From: Promethearchaeati archaeon SRVP18_Atabeyarchaeia-1
GTDB taxonomy: Archaea > Asgardarchaeota > Atabeyarchaeia > Atabeyarchaeales > Atabeyarchaeaceae
DNA: 64,000 bases
Assembly (NCBI GenBank): GCA_037308085.1
Contig: CP147779.1
Coordinates: 1,632,001 to 1,696,000, forward strand
Direction: 5' to 3'
Both the position numbers and the translations under genes were made by a program. How positions within the stretch are numbered: position 1 is the stretch's first letter; every line of letters starts with the position of its first letter. The notes under the pieces are model-generated. The model had not been told where the DNA came from. It ran no database searches and worked only from the letters and a program-made list of their open reading frames with translations. Of the stretch, positions 29,413 through 39,077 are shown piece by piece.

Positions 29413-29977
29413 CTTGGTTCACCCCGTATCATGCCCCTCAGATGCGTCGCACCAAACCACTAACAAAAGCTATTCCAAGTGATATTAAAGATTCTGCGCG
29501 CGAAGATTGAAGCATCGGTTAGAAAGACGAAAAGGAAGGGGGTTGGCTTTTAGCTACTAACATCCTAGAGGCTAAGTATCATTAGGAACACAAAAATGTC
29601 AACAACTAGAAAACCATCCCCCCTCTTTTCTTGGTCTCAAATCCCCTAGCGCGCATAAGGTGTGAATTGTTCATTTTTATTACTGGAACGCCTTTATGGT
29701 GTGGGTAAGTTCTGGATGGTGCATTTTGTGGGTTTTTATGGTTGTGCATGCCTATTTGTGTTGAAGATGCTATGACATGACCCGCAAATACGCAATGTCT
29801 CTGTTCTAGGGAAGGTATGGACGGTGATTCTGAAAAATGCTTCTTGTCATACCTTTAGGATCATAGTCGCCACATACACAGCTACTACAAGCCTTTGCGC
29901 CCTTAGACTATCCTTCAAATGAGTCCACACAGGTTTTGATATACCGTTACCCTTGCTCTGCTAAATTTCCTTTCATT

Positions 29978-31321
29978 CTATTTCTCCACCTGATTCTCTT
30001 CGCTATCTTTGTCTTCCTTACGTGTCAGACCGATCACTGTCTTCAATGCCTTCTCCAACTCTTCGATCCTCTTCTCCATATTCTGAATAGCCCTGGCCTG
30101 AGTGTCGTTTCTGACTCTGAGTTCCAATACTTCATCCTTATCTTCAGACTTAACTACATCTCCGAGTCTCTTATTCGCAGATTCCAAAGCAACTGTCCTA
30201 CCAACCAGGTCGGAGACTGTATCTAGTAGTCTCTGATTCTCTTCCCTGATCTCCGCAACATTATTGTTAAGACCATTGCCATTGCCACTGCTAATCGAAA
30301 GATAAGGCTCATACTTTAGATATTGTTGTTTGACCTCTTCCGACTGATTCTCCCTGTACGCTTTTCCAAGGCTGCCAATAGCATGACCTAGCCAGAATTC
30401 TATGATCGAGTCATTGCATCCATTCTCGGCCAATATCTTCGAAAAACTTGATCTGAGTGCATGCGGGGTGACATCACTGATAGGCTCATCGCCTTTGATC
30501 AATCCTGATCTCTTCGCAACATCCCTAACCATTACTTCTACCGCGCTCCGGCTCAGCGGCTCAAAGGCCTGACCCCTGCGACCGTACTCCTTGAAGAATA
30601 AAGGATCGCTTCTTCCCAATTCAATGCCTTGAGCATTCTTCAGGTCTTCAAGGTATGTTTTCAGCGCTGATATTGCATCGAAACCCAGATACGTGTTAAA
30701 GCGCGTGTGGGTCTTCTTGCGAAATAGATCAAGTCTCAAAGGATGCTCACTCTCTTCCAGGCCTCTGGCGACATCTCCATAGCTCAATCCCGTAAGAGTA
30801 GAAACATCGATCCCACTCTGATACATCACTAAGATCATGACCCTGTCCCGGATCGACAGGCAGTGTTCAAGCATTTTCTTAACATCTCTAGGGATGAGTT
30901 TTCTTCTCCTGAATTTTATCTCACTCTCTCCAAGGTTCATTCTCACTCTCACGTCAAACGTGGCGTAGAAGCTGCGGATCGCCATCACTGCCGACCTAGA
31001 AGACTCTTCGGTATGATTCTTCTTCATGTGATTAAGAAAACCTATCAGGGATATTGACACTACATCTCTTCGCTCTCTAACATCCTTCCCCTGATCCTCA
31101 ATCGCTTCGTCTATGACCTGCTTGGGAGTCTTCCTGATGTATTCGAGGTATTGCCTTAGTCTAAGCAGATAGTTACGGCGCGTACGCTCTTTCGATTGCT
31201 TCATTATCCACCTGTTAACATAAGCGTCCTTCAGTAATAGCTCATTTACCCCCGTTTCAACCGTCAATACTGCCTGCCCACACTCCTGGGAGTCGCTCAT
31301 TTCCCTAGGGATATATGGCAC
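29978..31321 (-). CDS. tyrosine recombinase/integrase with C-terminal coiled coil
   Basis: RDRVMILVMYQSG, RKKT, HALR, LGH, AY; first catalytic Arg position reads D (SGIDV). Confidence 0.9.
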   Translation of the reverse strand: MPYIPREMSDSQECGQAVLTVETGVNELLLKDAYVNRWIMKQSKERTRRNYLLRLRQYLEYIRKTPKQVIDEAIEDQGKDVRERRDVVSISLIGFLNHMKKNHTEESSRSAVMAIRSFYATFDVRVRMNLGESEIKFRRRKLIPRDVKKMLEHCLSIRDRVMILVMYQSGIDVSTLTGLSYGDVARGLEESEHPLRLDLFRKKTHTRFNTYLGFDAISALKTYLEDLKNAQGIELGRSDPLFFKEYGRRGQAFEPLSRSAVEVMVRDVAKRSGLIKGDEPISDVTPHALRSSFSKILAENGCNDSIIEFWLGHAIGSLGKAYRENQSEEVKQQYLKYEPYLSISSGNGNGLNNNVAEIREENQRLLDTVSDLVGRTVALESANKRLGDVVKSEDKDEVLELRVRNDTQARAIQNMEKRIEELEKALKTVIGLTRKEDKDSEENQVEK

Positions 31322-31524
31322 CTACTTGATATAAGTATTTCTCTGTATATACGTCAGTAGGCGCGTTTGGCAAGGTGAAGGGTTTGAAAGGTCGCGCCAG
31401 ACAACCCCGAGTTGCAAGCCCACAAGCTTAAGCGGTGGGTAACTGACCATAGCACGATACTTAGTCCCGGTTGTATCTTGCAGCCTCCCTACCATGAAGA
31501 TCAAGACAAATCTAGCAACCCTGA

Positions 31525-33180
31525 TTACTTTGCGCGTAGGAGTCTGATCGTGGTACTGCGTCGTTTTTCTGGGTCTTTCTCGAAGAGTTCCTCATCTTGA
31601 CAGTAGCTTCTATTCATCTGAGAAGCTATGTAGGCCTTCTCGATCTCTGCCCCCAAGTAGTAAGAGTGCTGGAGGGTGGAGATCAATCCGGTTTTGGTTA
31701 GTGTGTCTCGTATGGGTAGTGGCTCTCGTCCTCTCACGATAATGTCAGGGGATTTCGAGCCTGCTTCGAAGTGGGTAACAACGATCTCGCCGTCGGCTCG
31801 ATCCACGGCTATCTTGAAGAAGCCTTTGGGATCCAAAGATGGCTCCGGACCTTGCTCCGCCCCAAGGATCTTGAGTTGCTTTTCGGCTTTCTCAGTGGCC
31901 GCGTCGTAAGGAACTTCTCGGCTTCTCTTCTCCTTCAAGATCAACAAGTCAATGCCGAAGTCCTTTGGTGGCGTCCTCCTTATCCTGCCTAGGTACATCA
32001 TCTGTGACGCCAGGACTAGCTCGTGGACCGCCCCCCTGGTTTTTGGGCTTCCTTCAGTTGTGAGCAGTAGGCTGGCGCCAAGCTCCTCCGCTATGCCGGC
32101 CATCACAGCGTTGACTCCGACGCTATCCGCGTCCAAGAGTTCGGTGACGTTGCCAACCCCGCACATTAATGGCACGTCTCCGTGGCGTTGCGAAAATGTG
32201 TTATAGGAGATGATGGAGCTGACCACTCCAGGAGAAACCAATGGATCCATTATTGGATCCGCGATGATCTTCTTGAAGCCTATTTGGCGTGCATTCTGCA
32301 CATTCTTTTCGAGGGCATGTGTTCTCTCCCTGATTTGATCGCTGGTGGATACTTGATCCATGCCTTCACTTCTATCTGGTATTACTATTGCAGCCACGTC
32401 GGGTGCATTGTCAAGGTTCTTCACCTTTTCGATGTTGGACGAGTTGAGGCTCAGAACCATGTCCACTCCGCTGTCCATTCCCGCGTCAATATCTTCAGGT
32501 TCAAGAGTGTCCAGACTGATTGGAACTTCCAGCTTGCTTTTGAGCAGGGAGACTATTCTTTTCACATCTATCGGTCTGGGTTCTTTTGCGCGCATTCCCA
32601 CGTCGACTATTCCTGCCCCACTCTCCACATAGTATTTGGCTGTTCTGAGTATCTCATCATCTGTGAGAGTTGGGGCGTCAAGTATCTCGGCGACGACGCG
32701 CATTGGAAAGTCTCGACCCACGGATAGGCGCTTGCCCCTCTCTCTGCCTATGACTAGGTTCCATGGCCTTTTCAGAACCGATTCTTCTGGGTGTTCTGCT
32801 TCTTCGAGTGCAGCCATTGTCCGATGCTGCAGGTCTTGGGCGAGAATCGAATCAGCAGGTTTCGCCTTCGATAGCTCTGATTTGCCCAGCGCTTCAAACA
32901 AGGCCGGAATGTCAGAAGCATATCTGGTTCCCTTGAAAGCTGGGACGCCGACAGTCCTCTCTATGATTGACGTGTCTCCGGGAACCATCCCTGGTACGAC
33001 TATCAGGTCGTAGTCTGACAAGTCCTCACCCTTCAATTCCCTAGAGATGAACTCTGGAGTCAATAATGCAGCCACAGACACAGGCAAGACCCTGACACAG
33101 AAGTCTACTTCGCTCTGCTGCAAGGCTGACTCGGTAACGACTCGCTCAGCCAGTCGTCCTGTTACCAAAAGCACTTTCAT
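31525..33180 (-). CDS. dihydropteroate synthase-like protein (methanopterin pathway)
   Basis: LLVTGRLA, AGIVDVG, ISLDT, IIADP, GNVTELLDADSVG, DPKGFFKI. Confidence 0.88.
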   Translation of the reverse strand: MKVLLVTGRLAERVVTESALQQSEVDFCVRVLPVSVAALLTPEFISRELKGEDLSDYDLIVVPGMVPGDTSIIERTVGVPAFKGTRYASDIPALFEALGKSELSKAKPADSILAQDLQHRTMAALEEAEHPEESVLKRPWNLVIGRERGKRLSVGRDFPMRVVAEILDAPTLTDDEILRTAKYYVESGAGIVDVGMRAKEPRPIDVKRIVSLLKSKLEVPISLDTLEPEDIDAGMDSGVDMVLSLNSSNIEKVKNLDNAPDVAAIVIPDRSEGMDQVSTSDQIRERTHALEKNVQNARQIGFKKIIADPIMDPLVSPGVVSSIISYNTFSQRHGDVPLMCGVGNVTELLDADSVGVNAVMAGIAEELGASLLLTTEGSPKTRGAVHELVLASQMMYLGRIRRTPPKDFGIDLLILKEKRSREVPYDAATEKAEKQLKILGAEQGPEPSLDPKGFFKIAVDRADGEIVVTHFEAGSKSPDIIVRGREPLPIRDTLTKTGLISTLQHSYYLGAEIEKAYIASQMNRSYCQDEELFEKDPEKRRSTTIRLLRAK

Positions 33181-33367
33181 TTTTCTACCAATCTTCCTGG
33201 ATCTAAGTCAAAGTCATCTTTCAGACTGATTCAGACTTGGGCAACGTATCAGGTGTTGGCTAGCCTGGCTGCAAGATGGGCAGGCTCAGCTACTAGTCTT
33301 CAAGTCTACTATGTTAAGAAGCTCCCGTATAATCTCACTGGGGCTTTTGAGAACTTAGTCCTGCTGC

Positions 33368-33787
33368 CTATTCCTCTTGAGACACTTTCTCAATGAACAT
33401 CAGATCATAGTCAAGTTCAGGAATGTGCTTCATGGCTAGGACAGCTTTCGCTTTTCCGTAAACTGCGGTCACCCTGACTTCTAAGGCGGATCCAGATAAT
33501 GTGTCATAGTCGTATGGCCCCTTTTTCGTTCCCTTCATTTTGTCCGTTCTTATCTTTACGTCGACCCTCTCTTTGAAGGGCTGGAGCTCCATTGTTGACT
33601 TTATGGCTTTCTCGACCACCCCGGTGATTCTTGGATCCGCTGAAATAGGGATCCCTGGGAATTGGTGGTATACCGCTGCCAAGGTTATCGCTCCCTCGAA
33701 TATGGCGCGCTCCCGGTCTGAGACAGTATCATCAAAGAACTTCTTAGCTGGATCGACTTTCAATTCCTTACTCATTTTCCCCACCAT
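33368..33787 (-). CDS. mptD: archaeal dihydroneopterin aldolase
   Basis: ERAIFEGAITLAAVYHQF.G.P, QPF; cluster context. Confidence 0.85.
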   Translation of the reverse strand: MVGKMSKELKVDPAKKFFDDTVSDRERAIFEGAITLAAVYHQFPGIPISADPRITGVVEKAIKSTMELQPFKERVDVKIRTDKMKGTKKGPYDYDTLSGSALEVRVTAVYGKAKAVLAMKHIPELDYDLMFIEKVSQEE

Positions 33788-33819
33788 GCTGTCAGCAATC
33801 TAGATTACTAGGCGCTCTA

Positions 33820-34656
33820 TCATTCTTGACTCCCTGTCGCCTTAACTATTCGCGGAAGATCCCTAAAGTCTATTCTTGCGAAGCCCCTTATCGCTTCTCC
33901 TCTGGGTCCTGTTGCGTTAAACAATCCGCTTCTAGCCCTTGACCAAGTCGCAAGCCATTCAAGGAGCTCTCTGGCGAATCGAAGTTTCAGTCTCTTCATA
34001 GACAGCCATTTCCTGTCATACCTTCTGGAATCAGAATCCTTGTCTCTGTTTTTTGAGTATTTTCCTATGACTTTTCCGAGATCCATTCCAGCCAGAACGA
34101 TTGTCCTTGCCTCCATTTCCTCTGCCAAGAAGACACCCCTATCTCCATCGGTGAAACCTCCAAAGTTGTGGATTGCGGGAGGGCTGGGCTCCGCTTGCGT
34201 TGTCCCAAATACCTCTCCTTTACGACCATCAATGATTCTTGGAACCCATTTTCTTAGCGCCTCAATGTTGTCTCCGTGCGCATGAATTACCACGGTCGCG
34301 CCCACCTTGCTGGCTTCTATTATATCCTCTACGCAACCGTCCAGGTCAGTGACCACTATGTGTGGTATGATTGATTCTTCCAGAAGTGCACTGGTTGTGC
34401 CATCTGCAGCCACAAGCTTGAAAGATCTCTCTAGGCCACTTGAGACCAGCTCAGCCAAGTTATTCTCAAGTGATGGACCTGCTCCAAGGATCAATATGTC
34501 TCTGCCTTTGACTATTCTTCTAAGTGCTGCAAGCGGCGCTGCAGCTCTCGATAATAAATCGCTTAGAACAAGTGAGGCTTCGCGATCCTTATCGACGCTG
34601 TACCCGAACGACGAAGTTATCTTCTCGTACCAAGGCATCCAACGGGCAAATTCCAT
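33820..34656 (-). CDS. mptE: 6-hydroxymethylpterin diphosphokinase (DUF115)
   Basis: GAGPSL, AADG, VTDLDG, HAHGDN, NFGGFTDGDR. Confidence 0.92.
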   Translation of the reverse strand: MEFARWMPWYEKITSSFGYSVDKDREASLVLSDLLSRAAAPLAALRRIVKGRDILILGAGPSLENNLAELVSSGLERSFKLVAADGTTSALLEESIIPHIVVTDLDGCVEDIIEASKVGATVVIHAHGDNIEALRKWVPRIIDGRKGEVFGTTQAEPSPPAIHNFGGFTDGDRGVFLAEEMEARTIVLAGMDLGKVIGKYSKNRDKDSDSRRYDRKWLSMKRLKLRFARELLEWLATWSRARSGLFNATGPRGEAIRGFARIDFRDLPRIVKATGSQE

Positions 34657-34694
34657 TCTTCCTCAAATCACCCGTTCTAACGATCTTCTAGCCC

Positions 34695-35654
34695 TTACGG
34701 TGATATCTGGGAGCTTCCTGCCTTTACTTCGCTTCTCAGCACCCCGAGGGTCGCGCGTCTTTCCGCCACCATGTCGTGTTTGTGTATGCTCTCGGCGCTT
34801 CTCATCTTCATGGTGACATGAGTTGCGTCTGGTAAGTCTGCAAATGTTTCAAGAATCCCCTTTGCCATGTACCTTATTGAATCCTCGACGAACCTTGGAT
34901 TCTCCAGCGCTTTGATCACCATTTGAAGTTCATCTGGGCGTTTTAGGAGCTCGTATGTTGGTGCACTGGCAGACTCCTCGATCACTTTTATTATGTCAGT
35001 GAGGTCGACAATGTAGCCTTGCGGTGCATCCATCATTATGAGCCCTGCACATCGCTGCATGTGAGTTCCCGTCGGGGGATCACAAAGTAGCTTCTCTGTT
35101 TGTTCTCTGCCAAGCAGTGTTGACCCGTTTTCGCGGATCTTGTTGGCGAACAGGCTATCCATTGATTCTTTTACGCACGGGCAGGCCGTAATGCCGATCA
35201 CTTTGGCGCCAATAACCCTCTTCGTAACGACAGCGGAGTTGGTGATTCTTGAAGTTGCTTTCGCATAAACAGTGTATGGTTCGAAGGTCTCCATTTCGGT
35301 CACAGGGGTCTTTCGTTCAACAATAGCCTCAGCTCTAGCCCTGACCTCCGTCCTAGTTGCATCATCATGCTTCTTTAGGAGCCTTGTTGAGATATTTGCA
35401 CAAAGATCCTCAATTCGATCTTTATTCTTTACAAACTCGCTGAAGACTTCTGCAATGACTTCATAGCTCCTCGAGGCATGAATCCCTCTCCTCATAGTTG
35501 GGAGATCAACATACACCTCAAACTGCGGGAGTAAAATCACTCTCTTACCCTTGAAGAGCGTGAAACTCACAGGCATTCTAATACCAACGACTCCGACCTT
35601 CTCGAGGGGTATTGTAACCTGAGGCTTTTCACGATGAACATCGCGTGAACTCAA
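34695..35654 (-). CDS. mptA: GTP cyclohydrolase MptA/FolE2 family
   Basis: GIHASR, TACPC, THMQR, LLKRPDE, PRFVED, ESIHKHD. Confidence 0.93.
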   Translation of the reverse strand: MSSRDVHREKPQVTIPLEKVGVVGIRMPVSFTLFKGKRVILLPQFEVYVDLPTMRRGIHASRSYEVIAEVFSEFVKNKDRIEDLCANISTRLLKKHDDATRTEVRARAEAIVERKTPVTEMETFEPYTVYAKATSRITNSAVVTKRVIGAKVIGITACPCVKESMDSLFANKIRENGSTLLGREQTEKLLCDPPTGTHMQRCAGLIMMDAPQGYIVDLTDIIKVIEESASAPTYELLKRPDELQMVIKALENPRFVEDSIRYMAKGILETFADLPDATHVTMKMRSAESIHKHDMVAERRATLGVLRSEVKAGSSQISP

Positions 35655-36097
35655 ATCCTAAACACACCTACAGATGACAGAGATGTAGAAGCAAACAGAC
35701 TCGATTCCCTAATGAGCCAGATATGAATATAAATGCTTCAGCTACGCATCTGGGACACAGTCGCCTCTCATTTCAGTCCTGTTAACTCTTCAGTTCCATG
35801 TGGAGGCTTCATATCACTGTCAAGAGTCAATGAAATGGGGAGAACCTTCAGAAAACCCACTGTCGAGCATGATTCCTGGTACGCGGCTGGAGGCTTGACC
35901 CACGCCAACTTCGTTCTATCGTCCAACATAGCAACAATAAATAGAGAAGAGAAGCACTCTAGTACTGACTTCGCCTATGAGGCTAGCTCAGGCAATTTGC
36001 CAGTTCAGTCCCTGAATTGGGGCAACACAAAGATCGATTGCTGGCTACGCCGGCCACGAGGTTCGGTCGATTCATTAGCCAGTCGGGCATCTGAGAG

Positions 36098-36838
36098 ATG
36101 GTTCCTATGAGTCGCAGACACCCATCAAATAAGGCGATTCTAGAAAGATTGGGCGCAACCAACGACTTCGTCTTTGAGGTTATCGTATCCACTTGCGCCA
36201 TCGATGGAACGCCAAACGCCGCTCCGATGGGAATACGGTTCGTGGGCGCCGGAGTCGGAGGAGAGGAGACCAAAATCCTGGTAAAGCCTTTCAAGTCAAC
36301 CACTACTTACCGAAATCTCTCAGCCCAGAGAGAAGCCGTGGTCAATGTCAGTTCTAACCCTGCAGCGTTTTTTGCGACTGCATTCAAGGGCCAGGTAGAG
36401 CGGGAAAGTGAGGTGAAGATAGATTTTTCAGCAGCCAGTTCTGTGAAACCTCCAAGGGTGAAGGGTTGTGACGCGTATATCGAACTCATGGTGGAGGACG
36501 TAAAGGAGGGCAGTCTCCTCGAGGATGAAAGGTGCGAAGTCCTATGCCGAGTTAAATCAGCGCAGCTTCAGAATCCGGATGCAAGACTCTACTGCAGGGC
36601 TCCCTACATTCTGATCGAGGCCATTATACATGCAACGAGAGTCAATGCGCTCCGTTCCCAGGGATTAATGAAAGAAGCTGGCGAACTTACTGAATTAGTA
36701 CATCGCTACAGAAACCTTGTCCACAGAGTCGCTCCCAACTCAGAGTATGAGAATATAGCAGCAGAACTGGAGGCAATCATTCACACGAAAAAAGAGGAAA
36801 CGGGAGTTCGTATCAGAGGAAGCGAGGGAGATGAATGA
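36098..36838 (+). CDS. DUF447 family protein
   Basis: PNAAPMG, TTYRNL, IEAIIHATR. Confidence 0.85.
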   Translation: MVPMSRRHPSNKAILERLGATNDFVFEVIVSTCAIDGTPNAAPMGIRFVGAGVGGEETKILVKPFKSTTTYRNLSAQREAVVNVSSNPAAFFATAFKGQVERESEVKIDFSAASSVKPPRVKGCDAYIELMVEDVKEGSLLEDERCEVLCRVKSAQLQNPDARLYCRAPYILIEAIIHATRVNALRSQGLMKEAGELTELVHRYRNLVHRVAPNSEYENIAAELEAIIHTKKEETGVRIRGSEGDE

Positions 36839-37812
36839 AGAAGATCAGGGTCAGCGCTCCTGCGAGAATACACATGGGGATATTTAACCCATCCCGTGGC
36901 GTCAGGGGGCGTCTATACGGATCCGTGGGCGTTGGCACTGAGGAGCCGAGAACAGTCGTCGAAGTCGAACAAGCAAAAGACATATACGCGTCAACCCCGT
37001 TCGCCGACGAGATCAAGTTTGTCGCAATGAAAATAGTGAGACACTATAATCTTGAGGGCGCTAGGGTTAACGTACTCTCTGCTCCAAAGCGGCATTCCGG
37101 ACTCGGCTCCACAACCCAGCTATCACTATCTATAGCAACTGGGATAACTAGAGCCTATGGACTCGACGTGAAGCCTGTTGATCTAGCCATGATCCTCGGG
37201 CGAGGGAAACAATCAGCAGCGGGGACCTACGTGTTTCAGATGGGGGGGTTTGTGGTTGATGGTGGTTGGGGAGCCAAGACAAGTTTCCCTCCCCTGCTGA
37301 TTCGCTATACCTTTCCTGAAGATTGGAGGCTCTTGATAGTTGTCCCTGAAAGTAGGGGCCTCGACGAGAAGGATGAGTTGGAAGCTTTTGAGAAGCTGCC
37401 GGCCCCTGATGAGCAACTCATCCGTGAAGCTAGTTACAGGCTACTTCTTGGGATGGCGCCTGCGATTATGGAGAAAGACATCCAGGCGTTCGGAGAGAGT
37501 CTCACCAAGCTACAAGAAACAGTTGGCGCAATGTTTTCTCAGGCTCAGGGTGGAGTGTTCCAGCCTCACTCGACCCCCATGATTGAGAAACTCAAAGCCA
37601 TGGGCGCAGCAGGCGTCGGTCAAAGCTCATGGGGTCCAGCTGTCTACGCAATATTCGATGCTGAAACGGGGAAAAGCGTAGAGGCCTTATTGAGGAGAGA
37701 GGTCCTGTCCGGTGGCTCAACAAAGCAACTTGGGAGTAGCTTATATGGCGCTTCAAAGTGGGGTGAGGTTTACTTCACGCGAGCTGACAATAGAGGCGCC
37801 GTGGTGACCTGA
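36835..37812 (+). CDS. mptG: beta-RFAP synthase (GHMP kinase fold)
   Basis: PARIHMG, HSGLGSTTQL, GGFVVDGG, GQSSWGP. Confidence 0.92.
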   Translation: MKKIRVSAPARIHMGIFNPSRGVRGRLYGSVGVGTEEPRTVVEVEQAKDIYASTPFADEIKFVAMKIVRHYNLEGARVNVLSAPKRHSGLGSTTQLSLSIATGITRAYGLDVKPVDLAMILGRGKQSAAGTYVFQMGGFVVDGGWGAKTSFPPLLIRYTFPEDWRLLIVVPESRGLDEKDELEAFEKLPAPDEQLIREASYRLLLGMAPAIMEKDIQAFGESLTKLQETVGAMFSQAQGGVFQPHSTPMIEKLKAMGAAGVGQSSWGPAVYAIFDAETGKSVEALLRREVLSGGSTKQLGSSLYGASKWGEVYFTRADNRGAVVT

Positions 37813-37873
37813 GTCTAGGGATCGGGGCAGATTGAGTTTCTCTGAAGGCTGAGACGATTTTTCCACAAACATG

Positions 37874-39028
37874 TCACTTGGCCTTGAGTTTCCTCACTAC
37901 CTCCTCGACCTTGAACCCTGGAAGCGTAATGTAGTCAAGGACTGTTCCCCTGCTCTCTTTTATTTTCATTCTCTTCACTAGGGGTTCGTATTCTCCCCCC
38001 TGAACACCGTTGGCGATTATTGCGGCGCCTTGTGCCACATCCTTGGCCTTGCTAGAGTATCTTCTTGGTGCGGAGACCTTGAGATCAAGTTTCCGGCTTA
38101 GCTCTGATTCGACCCAGTCGAAGATGCTCTTTATTCTTGAGAGTCTGCCAGTTAGAATGACTTCCCTAGGTCTTTCTTCTAGTACTGTCGATCCCATCGC
38201 TACGGCCTTCACTATTCCCTCGAGCATAGCTGACCAAGCGGTGACGAACGTCTGTCCCCCTGATTCGATACCCTCAACGAACTCGGCTGGCTCGAGGAGC
38301 CTCGCACCGCCCTGGGAAGCCATTTGACTTGCACCCCCCTCAAAAAGCCTGAGCTTCGTGAATTCGCCAAGGAGGTACGCCAGTTCGCCATCCATCATGC
38401 TATGAGTCAGGTAGCCAGGACCTGGAAAGATGGTTCCACCTATCCCATCTACTATTTGACCCTTCTCCACGATTATCGCTGCATTATAACCGAATCCCAT
38501 CTCGACACAGATTAAGCTGGTGTCAGCGTAGTCGATCCCCAGTCTTCTGGCTTGATCCCATACTGCATAAGCTGCAACACAAGTCTTGTCAGCCGTCCCC
38601 ATGTCTATTTTGTTGATCTTCCTGTGATATGGAACGGTAGGCAACTGAACTACTCCTGGGAGAGAGTACGCATTCATCTTGGCTTCCTTCATCATCCACA
38701 GAAGTTTCCTAAGTCCAGTGAGCACTGCTATTTCAACGTCGCCGACTTTGTCCAGAGTTGTCAGGGCGACGTCACTGGCAGTGAACTTTGATATATGCTT
38801 GAACTCCAATCCATATCCAGAGGGACCCACAATGACCTTCGGCTTGGCGTCTTCGATGACCTTGAAAACGGCTTTTGGATCATCTGCCACGAGTTGACTA
38901 GGGAGGGACTCATCGAGAACTATATGCTCCATGTCGCCATCAATGCAGAGAAGGTCAAAGTTCTTCGTACCAGGATCGATACCTAAGGCTCGCAATTCAA
39001 ATGGACACCTCTTATCGCAACAGGACAA
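37874..39028 (-). CDS. DUF1464 (ASKHA/butyrate kinase-like) protein
   Basis: GIDPGT, GPSGYG, KIDMGTADK, DGIGG, AQGAA. Confidence 0.88.
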   Translation of the reverse strand: MSCCDKRCPFELRALGIDPGTKNFDLLCIDGDMEHIVLDESLPSQLVADDPKAVFKVIEDAKPKVIVGPSGYGLEFKHISKFTASDVALTTLDKVGDVEIAVLTGLRKLLWMMKEAKMNAYSLPGVVQLPTVPYHRKINKIDMGTADKTCVAAYAVWDQARRLGIDYADTSLICVEMGFGYNAAIIVEKGQIVDGIGGTIFPGPGYLTHSMMDGELAYLLGEFTKLRLFEGGASQMASQGGARLLEPAEFVEGIESGGQTFVTAWSAMLEGIVKAVAMGSTVLEERPREVILTGRLSRIKSIFDWVESELSRKLDLKVSAPRRYSSKAKDVAQGAAIIANGVQGGEYEPLVKRMKIKESRGTVLDYITLPGFKVEEVVRKLKAK

Positions 39029-39077
39029 ATCCAGATCGAGTCTGAACCTATATTAAGGAAGTGGAGCGTGATCGGCT

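Larger units (their letters stand above)
10323..31400. mobile_element. integrase-bounded defence island (left limit may extend to ~8.5 kb)
   Basis: Dense defence-type domains, gene remnants, AT-richer stretches, terminal integrase; att sites not found. Confidence 0.65.

Noticed and set aside
12680-31321. Classical integron
   Set aside because: Hairpins lack RYYYAAC/GTTRRRY ends; the integrase is co-oriented with the genes and shows no recognisable IntI features
31360-31470. H/ACA sRNA or tRNA fragment serving as att site
   Set aside because: Only a 6-bp stem followed by AGACA; no convincing upper stem/K-turn and no second copy seen
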